From Podarcis melisellensis (lineage: Eukaryota): a stretch of DNA of 64,000 nucleotides. The stretch is from the NCBI GenBank assembly GCA_964234715.1, contig OZ174275.1. One strand, written 5' to 3'. The notes beneath the pieces are model-generated. The model was not told the origin of the DNA. It searched no databases and saw only the letters and a program-made list of their open reading frames with translations. A program made the position numbers and the translations under genes. Below, in pieces: positions 51,289 to 62,246 of this stretch. Each line of letters opens with the position of its first letter. The stretch's first letter is position 1.

Positions 51289-54148
51289 CACACAGTCTGC
51301 AGTTTTGGTAACTTGTTGCTCTTTACCTCCTGCATTCATTAAAGAGAAACCCTTTTGACACCTGAGTGTCTGACAGCACTGTCATCTTTATTACCAGATA
51401 AGAGTAATTGTCTCCCTGGCATGCAGTGAAGAGTGATGCAAATAAGTCATTTAACTCCCTTTGCAATGTCTTTATCCTTCTTAATTGTTCCCATTAATCC
51501 CTAGCAGCAGAAGCAGATGCACCAATTTTCTCCTAACTTTCCTACACAATCTGTCAAAATCATGCTTAGTATATTGGTGTTGGCAAAATTCAGGTTATTA
51601 TTTGAGACATATTGTCAGGTTTTCCATGAATAGTTAACGGCAATTTGAGAGAATCACTTTACATTAATAGCTTGCATGTTCAGCGTATTCCTTGAGTACA
51701 ATTGCCAGGTGCGCACACTACCACAAAAATTATTTTAGCTCTCCTGCTGTATACGCTATGATAGACAAAGAATTGGCTTCAGGTCCTTGTGAAGCCATGA
51801 ATCTCTCTGGATGGCCTTGACCACATCAGTCCTTCAATATAGCCAGCCCCACAGGTTTGTTGTCAGGGTGAAAGCAATAAGGAAGGATCGGGCCACATTT
51901 TTCACACTGAAAACAGAAACAATAATAGACAATATGTATTTATTTTTGAATAACAGTAACGTTGATGATGATGATGATGATCATCATCATGGTCTTAGTT
52001 CCCATTCAAAATGCAATACTTTGCCACAGAGGCATGCAACGCTATTTTTACATTTATCATAAAAAATATAAAAATATAAACTAGAAATGTAAGTGACATA
52101 CTCACAGTCATCATAACAGCAATAAGAACATTTCAAAACCATAAATCACAGCCAGTCATACTACCTATCAGGTCTGCTCCCCAGTTAAAAAGAATCTTGA
52201 GCAAAAATATTTTTTGTTTATATTTTGTATCGGGAGAAAGTGTTCCATAGTTGTATATTGCACACATGAAGAATGACAAGAGTGCATTATGCTGCCGTTT
52301 TCCTTTGCAAATTATGAAAGTGTGCATATATTCCTCCTTCGAAAAAGCAAGTGACTCCAAGGGTTTCCATACATCCATGGATATAACTCAGTGCCTGCAA
52401 TATCAAGTGGGTACCTGAACATTTCCATTTTATGTCACAAAATTTATATACCCATTTGATTGCCAAAGAACCCCTACCTGCACACACATACTGTACACAT
52501 GTCCCACCCAGGAAAGAAGGAAGAACGATCACCATTCAACGACACATTACACCTGGGCAAAAGCATTCAAGGAGGATGCAGAGCAAGGCTGATAAGAGAT
52601 GGGGATGGCCTGGGGGAGAAGGAGGTGTGGCCTGCAGAATCGGGCCTTGTCTGAGAAGAGTCTTGAGCAGAGGCAGATTTAGCACAGTGCGACCAGTCCC
52701 ACAACACTAATGTCAAGTCTAGGGGGAGCTGCAGGGTGTCACAACTATGACATTGGGGGGGGGGTTCCCAATTGGAGCCCAGGGAGTCCGTGTAACCCAC
52801 CCAGGGGGTCTGTGGCAGTGGCACCATTCACATAACAAAAGGTATCATAGAATATCAACATTTTCAAGAGCAGGGGGTCCATAGCTTGGCTTTTGAAAAA
52901 CAGGGCGTCTGCAGTACTTCGCTAATTGGGAACCACTGACATAGTGAATTGAACAGAATGGAGGCTGAGAGGCCGGTTGTGTGCGTGCTGAAATTTGGCT
53001 TTGCACCACTGAAATCTGAAAGATCCAAGTGTTTCGAAGTATTGAAAACCGGTCAGAGAGGACTCAAGGGCTGCAGCGAATCCCTGGGTGGGAGGTTCCT
53101 CAGGCCTGCTCCAAATGTTCTCAGAGAGTTGGAAGCTAAACAACAAGAAATGAACAAACAAACCCCTTGCTGGTGAAAAGTCTTCAAATTATTGGCATGT
53201 AATGTGATTATCTTACAGGCAAATGATCCTTGCAGTCAAACTTTCTGCCTTTGCAACAGAATTCTGGCTCCTTAAAATTGAAAAAGGTAGGGCGGGGGAG
53301 AAGACAGCACCACCACCCTCTTCATGGGACTGGATTTCAAATGAAAAATGAGTCTTTATCTCCGAATGCGTCCAACCAATCTGCAAATTATTTAAATGAA
53401 GACAAAGCAGCCCTCTTCCCAACATCTGCAAGCAAAATGCTTAAATTCCAAGTGCAGCTTTTACTGGCATAAGAAAATAATAAGCGGAGTTCAATTTGTG
53501 TCAGCACAGCTCAGGAAAATAAGATATCATGTCTTGCTGTCTGCTTGATGTCAGCTTCTCCGATTCAAACCCTAATGCCTCATCTTAGGCTGTCCTTACT
53601 GAAGGCTGCCAAACAGCCAGGTTCAGCCAAAGTTCAGGCAGCTACTTCAGAATAGCTTCTCCCCTTCCACCAGCCCCCGCCTCATCATTATGAACCTTCT
53701 GCTTTATATTGTACGCACTTGATTATATCTATCCTTGAAACTTATATAACTCTATTAGCCTCTTCTCCTATTCTTCTTAATGCGCAGTGCATTCCTTCCT
53801 GGGCTTAAGTTGTTTTATAGCTTCCTGCATAAGGCTTTTAAACTGTTGCATACAACGAGCGTTGGGCCCCATGGATAGTTGCATCTGCTCAGAGAGGTGT
53901 GAGGAAAGTAGGGACAGAGTCCTCTTGAACCTGTCTTGGGCACTTGAATGAGCACCACGGAATCAGAATGCATGTCAAAACATCAAATGTATTCTAGTGT
54001 ACCAGCATCTCATTTACTATTTTCCTCAAATATATAATATGTTGCATATCTCTTCAGCTTCCGTTTCTATCCCTCTTATTTCCTGGCTGAGGAGGCAAGC
54101 TGAATGCATACAGTGTATGTCCATGCCATGCCTATCCATCGCTTCTGT

Positions 54149-54460
54149 AGGGCCATAGCTCAGGGGCAGAACATCTGCTTTTCATGCAGAAGGTCCCAGT
54201 TTCAAACCCCGGCATCTCCAGGTAGGACTGGGTGAGACCCGTGTTTGAGACCCCTGCTGCCAGTCAGAGTAGACCAGGTATGGGGAACCTGTGTTGCTGA
54301 ACTACAGCTCCCATCATCCCTAGTCATTGAACCTGCTTGCTGGGGCTGATGGGAGTTATGGTTCTGTAACATCTGGAGGGCCAAAGCTTCCCCACACCTT
54401 CTGCAGGTAAAATTGAACCAGATGGGCCAATGGTCTGATTTGATATGATAACTTCCTATG
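54149..54460 (+). mobile_element. tRNA-derived SINE (Squam2-like) interrupted by a URR1-like hAT MITE (54275-54400)
   Basis: AGGGCCATAGCTCAG...GCAGAAGGTCCCAGTTTCAAACCCCGGCATCTCCAGGTAGG | CAGGTATGGGGAACC...TTCCCCACACC | ...CCAATGGTCTGA...CTTCCTATG. Confidence 0.8.
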
Positions 54461-54572
54461 CGCCTGTATTCACTGTTAGGCATATGATGTTGGGCAGTAT
54501 GCAACTGTTGGCAGGTCTTCCTGACTGCATGCATATTTCAAGAAGCAACCAATACTCCTTTTTGCATTTGCT

Positions 54573-54886
54573 TAGGGACACAGTAGAAATTTGCTTGAAC
54601 TGGAACACAACATTCAGTTGGATTACATGCTTCTTAGAATTTTGCAATACAGTTTTGGATCAAATAATGTGTCCATAATGCATATTTTATGAAAAAAGTA
54701 TATAAAAATGTGCATTTTAGGGGTAAATGCAATTTATTGTAAGAATGTGTATAAAATGCATATATTTAAAGTCTATTTTTTCATGCTTTTTTTTTCAAAT
54801 TGTCAACAAACAGGATGGAATGGACCTATGACTAAGTGTATGCAAAACTAGCATGGACTAGAAATAAGCAGATGTGTCCATCTTTA
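54573..54886. mobile_element. Old AT-rich non-autonomous DNA element (family of 20471/49808)
   Basis: TAGGGAC..GAAATTTG start, AAAATGCATA-rich interior and GATGTGTCCATCTTTA end. Confidence 0.45.
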
Positions 54887-56221
54887 ATTTTCATACAGAT
54901 CAACAAAGGAGCCTCACTCCTGCACATTAATCTCTTTGAACAGTTATATCTTGTTTGGAAGGAATGTTCAAACATCTGAAATCGCTTCTTTCTTCAGAAA
55001 GCAGAAAACATGTATGTTTCTTTTTAAAAAGGGGGGGAATTTAAAAAATAAAATAACACAAACAAACAATACTCCAGGGTCGTCATAATCATTATGATTT
55101 CCTTATGAGGAAATAAAGTCTACTCTCAAACGGTTACTATCTTTCCACTGACAGTTTTAGAGAGAGTAATGAAACTATTAAACAGATGTTGGCTAGTCAT
55201 ACACTTGGAGTCTGGTAAATGCTCCCCTGGAATGTTTCAGTCCCCTTCAAACTCAAAGAACTTAAAACTCCAATATTGTTGAGTGAAAATGTTGATCTCC
55301 CTTGGAGGCAACTCATTGACGTGGATTTGCTCGCTCAGGCTGAGAGTGCTTTCAGTTCTTCCATTTTCTTGATGGGGTTTAACTGCCATCATATTGAATT
55401 GCTTGCTGTGCAAGAGATGGGACAGGAAGCACTTTCTTCTTCTTTCTGGCATATCCAGCGCAACATCTTCTCTGGACTGAAAGTAACCAAAGCAAATTCT
55501 AAAATATCCAGAAAATCTGAGGTCTGACTAAATGGGCATTCTATTTAAGAGGAGTTATGGAGACTTTCAGCCCATCTCCAATCCAAAATGCTTAGATGTA
55601 TTGTCTAACCTCATGCTACCAGGAGCAGGGGAAAGAGGTCTGCAGCCTAGTCTTGATTTCTTCTCCTTGTTAATGTATAAGAAACCTGATTATATGTCCT
55701 GATGCCATCACACTGTGTTTGGAAAGTGCTGGATGAAGGAGCACAGGACTGGTGACACTAAATGCCCAACTTCTAGCTGAAGTTAGTTGGGCCTCTGCAA
55801 CATGGAAGACAACTAACAGGGCTTCCCTGGATGATCTCAGTGATCAAACAGGGATATGGATTTCAACAAAGTCAAGATTTCACCTCAAAGGATTTGTTTC
55901 TGATGAACTGGTGCTACTCCTTCATAGTGTCTATCACCAAAAAGTTTATTGATGATAAGTTATCAAGAAAAATTCCTTTATTGTTATCACACCAGAGCAC
56001 AAGTTATTTGGAATGCAAATTATCAGTATTGAAATGACCTAGGCCCCAACTACCCCAAAGCCTATCCCAGTCCGTACAGGCCATCTTGGGTGTTAAGCTC
56101 AGCAAAGGAGACTCTATGGGTTGTTGTTCTGCCATCCCTAGTATTGTGAGGAATGGCAGCCTGGAAGAGGGCTTTCTGTGTGGCAGGCCCTGGAATGATG
56201 GAACTCCTTCCCCACATATGC

Positions 56222-56404
56222 CATACCCTCCAACATTTCTCTAGTGAAATTAGGGAACCATCTATTACATACCCTCCAATATTTCTCCAATGAAAATAGG
56301 GACGTCCTAAGGAAAAGTGGAATATTCCAGGATCAAAGCAGAAACGGGATGGCTTCTGTGAATCCAGGACTGTCCCTGGAAAATAGGGACACTTGAAGGG
56401 TCTG
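56222..56404. mobile_element. hAT-type MITE with duplicated left end
   Basis: CATACCCTCCAA occurs twice; right end TTGAAGGGTCTG; near-TSD ACATATGC/AGATGTGC. Confidence 0.7.
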
Positions 56405-57673
56405 AGATGTGCATCTTGTACTATTCTTGGTCAGCATATACTGTATGCTGAAGTCACACCTGTTTTCTCTGGACTTCGACAAAACATTTTTATTGGATTT
56501 GTTTCTTTTGTGTAATGTACAGTGCTTTTGTTTAGAAATGTTTTGCTGGTTTTATATATATATATAATCTTATAAACAATTACACTTGCATTGGTATGAC
56601 TATATTGTTGTAACTCACCCCAGAACGTTATAGTGAAGAGCGAGAGAGAAATCTTATAAATTAATATATAAAACTGTTTCAAGATTGTCACATATATAGA
56701 TTTACTCAAACCAGTTCCCCCACCTCAGTTCTTTGCTCTGATTCATTTTTAACTTATCTGGTATCAATTACTAAGACAGATTTGCAATATTCAGTGTCTG
56801 TACAGATGAAACACTTTAATACCTTAGATGGCTCTTTCTTGCTGGCAGACAGAATGGCATGATCTGAAAAGGCTGGGTTTTTTTTCTTTTTTGAAAAACT
56901 CAAAGGCGATCAAGATTAAAATTCCCAAATGTGTATTCTGGATGACTTCCAAACACATTCAGTCTTTATTCATTATTGGATATTGTCTTGATTAAAATTC
57001 CTGCTGGTTTGTTCTATGGTTAAGGAGTAATCTTGTATCTTAGCTTTTGGAATGTATCAGTATCATGTGACAGCTATGAAGTCCAAATTAATATAGAGAG
57101 ATCTCTCCCACTAGCCAGCATGGAAAAAGATTTAGAACGTCCAGATTTCAGTAAAGCAGTTTATAAAAATTTATCTTCAACCAGCCTTATATAACACGAG
57201 AGCCACTTCAAGCTCTCAGCTGGGAAGAACATAAGGTTTATTAAAGCAAGATATCTTTCAAAACAGTTTTGGATTTAAAATGAAAACCTTTAAGTGCATG
57301 AATCAGAGATGAAATTACTTCACCCTGAAAAGAAAGCAGGGTGAGGAGAGAGGCACACATACTAAAAGTGCATTTTCATACCCATCTTTAGTTAACTAGC
57401 CAGGGCCAAAGTACAGCAGCACACAGATGGGAGCTTCTTTTAAGACCTTTGGCTGAAAATGCAGAGGCCATGTGGACCATTGGGCAATCAACCTTCTGCC
57501 TCCATGCATCTGATTTACATGAGGTCAAAGGTATGAAATGCACTATCTGCTAGGAAAGGTTTTTGTTGTTTACATTGGGGCACCTACTCTGAGATTTCCT
57601 GCTTAAGAGCCTATTTCACTGCTGGCATTGAGGAGGAGGAGAAGCATCCTACTTAAGGAAGCTTATCACAACA

Positions 57674-57930
57674 TAAAGGTAAAGGTAAAGGGACCCCTGA
57701 CAGTTAAGTCCAATCGCAAATGACTCTGGGGTTGTGGCGCTCATCTCGCTTTACAGGCTGAGGGAGCCGGTGTTTGTCTGCAGACAGTTTTTCCGGGTCA
57801 TGTGGCCAGCATGACTAAGCCACTTCTGGTGCAACGGAACACCAAAACCAGAGCAGCGCATGGAAACGCCGACCTTCTGATCAGCAAGTCCTAGGCTCTG
57901 TGGTTTAACCCACAGCGCCACCTGCGTCCC
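57674..57930 (-). mobile_element. Sauria SINE, third subfamily, with internal deletion removing the B box
   Basis: Head and (ACCTTT)n tail intact; GGAAACGCCG joined directly to ACCTTCTGATC. Confidence 0.9.
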
Positions 57931-57953
57931 TCAAGCAGGGAGACTGAAGTTCA

Positions 57954-58335
57954 AATCACAGAATCATAGAATTGCAGGGTTGGAAGCAATCCCCGAGGAT
58001 TGTCTAGTCCATGGGTAGGCAAACTAAGGCCCAGGGGCCAGATCTGGCCCAATCGCCTTTTAAATCCAGCCCGCGGATGGTCTGGGAATCAGTGTGTTTT
58101 TACATGAGTAGAATGTGTGCTTTTATTTAAAATGCATCTCTGGTTTTATTTGTGGGGCATAGGAATTTGTTCACCCCCCCAAAAAATAGTGTCAGGCCCC
58201 CCACAAGGTCTGAGGGACAGTGGACCGGCCCCCTGCTGAAAAAGTTTGCTGACCCCTGGTCTAGTCCAACCCTCTGCAATGCAGGAATCTCAACTAGATC
58301 ATACATGACAGATGACCATCTAACCTCTGCTTAAT
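57954..58335 (-). mobile_element. CR1 3' end split by a hAT-Charlie insertion
   Basis: ATCACAGAATCATAGAAT...GTCTAGTC | ... | GTCTAGTCCAACCCTCTGCAATGCAGGAATCTCA...CAGATGACCATCTAACCTCTGCTTAA. Confidence 0.85.
58010..58258. mobile_element. hAT-Charlie MITE
   Basis: TIR CATGGGTAGGCAAACT / AGTTTGCTGACCCCTG; TSD GTCTAGTC at 58002-58009 and 58259-58266. Confidence 0.9.
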
Positions 58336-58542
58336 ACCCTCCATAGGATAGATGAGGGTTGCATACAAGGTTGCTGCATTCCAAATTATCAAATATTCTG
58401 TATATCTACTTGTAACCTTCAGGTGCTGATGACAGACAAGTAGAAAGATTGGGCAAGGTGGGAGAGAAATACTATTGGATGAGAGGTGGGAGCTAAGAAG
58501 GCAGCAATTTCAGTTCCAGGCTGTGTTCATCACTATCAGCAC

Positions 58543-58700
58543 CAGAGCTTTTTTTTTTCCTTCTAAAAAAAGTATGTTTAGGGGTACTCTCATTTTCCTA
58601 CTCATATTGAAATATTGCCCCTTAATGAGGCCAAACTTAGATTCACGAAATGTTTAGGGGTATGTGTACCCCTGCGTCCTCCCAGAAACAAACAACACCG
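58543..58700. mobile_element. hAT-type MITE
   Basis: CAGAGCTTTTTT...AAACAACACCG; flanks ATCAGCAC / ATTCAGCAC; internal repeat ATGTTTAGGGGTA. Confidence 0.6.
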
Positions 58701-58775
58701 ATTCAGCACTGCTTGCATTCTGCTGCAGGTCAATTTCTGATAAATATTGCATGATTTGTCTCACTGCCTGTTAAG

Positions 58776-58813
58776 GTATGTATGTATGTATGTATGTATG
58801 TATGTATGTATGT
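58776..58813. repeat. (GTAT)n microsatellite
   Basis: Directly visible. Confidence 0.95.
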
Positions 58814-59508
58814 TACATAAATTATAATGTAAAGAGAACACTTTTAAGTGCTGTCTTTTCTTGAAATCAATGGATAGAACTTACAAGTGCATAACTTTGA
58901 TTCAGTCATGTCCCAAGTCATGCTTAAAAATTTTATTTTATTTTGCCTTTTGGGTTGTTAGTTCAGGCCAGAGAAATACATCCATGTAGCCAAACATATC
59001 AGCTAGGAATATTTAGTTTTTGAGATTATTATGATCTAAATGCAAAATTGAAAAAGCAAAGTGTTAAGAAACTACTAAAATTCTGAAGCATATGATAAAG
59101 TGATATCAGTTTCCCTCACGTGTATATATAACTTCTTCCCATCTTTCCCTTGTTATAAGGTTGAACCTTCCATTTTTAGCACTGTAGGCCAGATATTTAG
59201 CACTTAAAATGATGAACATATTTTTAACATTCGAGTAGTGCTAGATTTGTATCTCCTATTGGATATGACATTAAGCTGCACTCAGTAAACAACTTGGGCA
59301 TATATGAGTTAGTCATGTGCTTACTTTTAATCTCACTGAAATCAACAGGATGAGAAATTTGCTTAGCTTTGGTTTGATCACCCCTTTGCAAGTGATTTAT
59401 AAAAGCAATAGCAGGATCTGGGTGTTATTTTTTGTCATCTTAAATAATCCAACTAAGGAGACACATATATAATATGTGTTGGAAGCTGCTCAGAGTGGTT
59501 GCAGTGAG

Positions 59509-59509
<1 letters not shown>

Positions 59510-59549
<40 letters not shown>
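59510..59549. repeat. (TTA)n microsatellite, probably an L2 tail
   Basis: Preceded by GGAAGCTGCTCAGAGTGG, as at the L2 end near 26930. Confidence 0.85.
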
Positions 59550-59550
<1 letters not shown>

Positions 59551-60171
59551 CCCTGAAAAACAACAGTGCAAGCTGGCAAAATTCACTCCATACCGGCTGT
59601 CATAGGTGGCCAATGCTATTCCTTTCTACAGGTGTCTTTCAGGCATACAATTAAAATTACAATCCTTTCTGTGTTTATCCTTTTTGCGTTAAGTGCATGG
59701 AAATACAGGCACACCCTTTCAGTTTTAATAGATCCAGCGTAAGCTTAAATGGGACACATTCAGTCTCCCATAAGCAGAACTGCAGGCTGATCAGACTAAG
59801 GGCCTTTTCACACTTTCCATTTATGGTGGTATAATTGCTGTTTGATTTTAAAGAAAAGAAGTTTTAAAGAACAAATTTGTAGCTCATTGTCTGAACCTTG
59901 GGCCACATGCTGCTGTTATTAGAGGGGGAATGTGGGGCTTTTCCTTTCCACATTATTGGCAGGTTGTGCCTGATTTATTTATTTTTAATCAATTGCTTTC
60001 ATACCCTCATTTTCCTCCAGCCAGTAAATGTCAGAGTTACGAGCATGCATGTGGGGTAGCCCCTTTGTGGCGCATATATATATATATATATATATGCTTT
60101 CGTAGATTTTCACGGGTACAGGAATGCAGGTTTTGGTGTCCTCGGGTGTCTTCCCGTGTAAAAGTTGGGGT

Positions 60172-60221
60172 GTCTAGGCGACGTTTCGACGAGGTCTCAC
60201 TCGTCATCTTCAGGCTGGTGC
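60172..60221 (-). ncRNA. Minimal type I hammerhead ribozyme motif (mirror copy)
   Basis: Exact reverse complement of 60646-60695; core at 60213-60180. Confidence 0.7.
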
Positions 60222-60645
60222 TTTCGGCTTCTTGTTACTGGAACAGAGCAGGATCTCAGTGTTTGAGTTCCTATAAATACTGTTGAGGGGGTGTGGTGTA
60301 TAGCCTCCAATGTTCTGGGCAGAGAAGCCAAGCCAGAGCACAACTAAGTGCAGTACAGCCATCTTCTCAGAAAAACTCTTCACAAAGTTCAAGAGGTCAA
60401 GACACAAAGACTTTAGCAACTAATCCACACCTAATGACCCACCTAAGTGGTACTCAGGATATCACTCAAGAAATCACTCAAGATATCCCTCAAGTAATTA
60501 AGGAACAAAAGAAGAAAAGGCACACTAGCCTGGGAACTTCCTCTCTGCCCAGAACATTGGAGGCTATACACCACACCCCCTCAACAGTATTTATAGGAAC
60601 TCAAACACTGAGATCCTGCTCTGTTCCAGTAACAAGAAGCCGAAA

Positions 60646-60695
60646 GCACCAGCCTGAAGATGACGAGTGAGACCTCGTCGAAACGTCGCCTAGAC
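60646..60695 (+). ncRNA. Minimal type I hammerhead ribozyme motif
   Basis: CUGAAGA (60654-60660), U, stem II GACGAG/CUCGUC with loop UGAGAC, GAAA (60680-60683), CGUC; predicted cleavage after C60687. Stem I pairing is short. Confidence 0.7.
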
Positions 60696-60738
60696 ACCCC
60701 AACTTTTACACGGGAAGACACCCGAGGACACCAAAACC

Positions 60739-60786
<48 letters not shown>

Positions 60787-61993
60787 TAGTACTCCAGAAT
60801 TCTAATATTGTGGAAGTATAGGAGAATAGAAGAGTAAGCGCATGTCTACCTAAACTATGGAGAATTTGGTTATTGTGATGAAATTTTAGCTGCAGCTAAA
60901 GATTCGTGTCATGAGCATTCCTCTGACTCAGTACCATTGTCTCTATCTGTCATATATCTCCGCGGAACTGAAACTGCATACTTGTGGCTCACACTGGTCA
61001 GAGGGAAGTGGCAAAAAAACAGACATCTCCTAAACCACAGCTGCCAACCTCACACCTTATCCACAGGGAAAAGTGAGGATTCCTGTACACATGCCACACA
61101 AACAAAAATGTGGAGGATCTATTCCATATCTTTCACCAAAAAAGATTGCAGTAGAAGAGAAGGCATCTTAAGAAAAAAGCATGTTATACCAGAATACTAG
61201 CTGAATAATGAGGATATCATGTGGCAGCAGGCCAGAAAAAGCTGAAAACCCCCCAGCCAATATGCTGCTATAAATGGTAAGTGTGGAAATGCCCCAAGTC
61301 TCCCATACTATTAATGATGGTCCAGGTGGACCAGTGGTGATCCAGAATGCAAGTCAATAAAGGTAAGATCCTGATGGGACTCAGAGCAGCACTAACTTCT
61401 CCCTAACCTCAAAGGATGCTATTTGTATTATATTAGTACCATATTCTGTAAGTGATGTCTAATTTTAAGCCTTGTGTATGTGAACCTGTTTAGTGGGAGA
61501 CCTCAAAATCTACCATTTCCACTCTATGGAACTATGGGTTTCCACCACTCTTCTTTCAAGAAGATTCTTCTTTTGATAAGGAAGGACCCCTTTCTGAATC
61601 TGGTTCTATAGTTCTTCATTAGAGACTGTTAGTGATAGTCTCTGTGAAGCGGAAGAGAACAGAAAATGCTTTCAGATGATCCATATTTTGGAGTCTCTAC
61701 AAGTCTGAATTATTTAATGTATAGACTAAACTCAGAGTATCAGTTATCAAGTTTGCTTCTGCATACATGAAATTATGTTTTTTCCCCCCTGAATAAACCT
61801 TTTTGTCATGGTAGTTTTGCAGTTCCTGGTTTGCAATAAAATTCTTTAAACTAACAGTTTGCCATTTGTGGAACCTTGCCTAGGGACAGGCCTACTACAC
61901 TTTATAGTTCCACAGAGAAAGACAAGCTGGAAAGCTTCCAGATGTTTGTGGACCCTAAGGAGGTGATTTGGTGGCTGCCATTGAGATGGCAGT

Positions 61994-62246
61994 GAGAGCC
62001 TGTGTGGTGTAGTGGTTAAGAGTGGTAGTCTTGTAATCTGGTGAACCGGGTTCATGTCTCTGCTCCTCCACATGCAGCTGCTGGGTGACCTTGGGCCAGT
62101 CACACTTCTCTGAAGTCTCTTAGCCCCACTCACCTCACAGAGTGTTTGTTGTGGGGGAGGAAGGGAAAGGAGAATGTTAGCCGCTTTGAGACTCCTTCGG
62201 GTAGTGATAAAGCGGGATATCAAATCCAAACTGTTCGTCTTCTTCT
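61994..62246 (+). mobile_element. Squam3-type tRNA/CORE SINE, full length
   Basis: GAGAGCCTGTGTGGTGTAGTGGTTAAGAG...GGGTTC...AAAGCGGGATATCAAATCCAAAC followed by a (TTC) tail. Confidence 0.9.

Larger units (their letters stand above)
60096..60743. mobile_element. Penelope-like retroelement (PLE) remnant: two inverted pseudo-LTR copies in a (TA)n tract
   Basis: 202-bp inverted arms at 60124-60325 and 60542-60743 with a 216-bp spacer, flanked by (TA)n at 60074-60095 and 60742-60783. Hammerhead motif in each arm. Confidence 0.85.

Noticed and set aside
51963-51990. (GAT)n(CAT)n palindrome encoding DDDDDDHHH
   Set aside because: Simple-repeat tail of a decayed SINE with no coding context
55219-55527. 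102-aa and 71-aa overlapping ORFs in unique sequence
   Set aside because: No recognisable domain and no consistent exon chain; the length is within chance expectation
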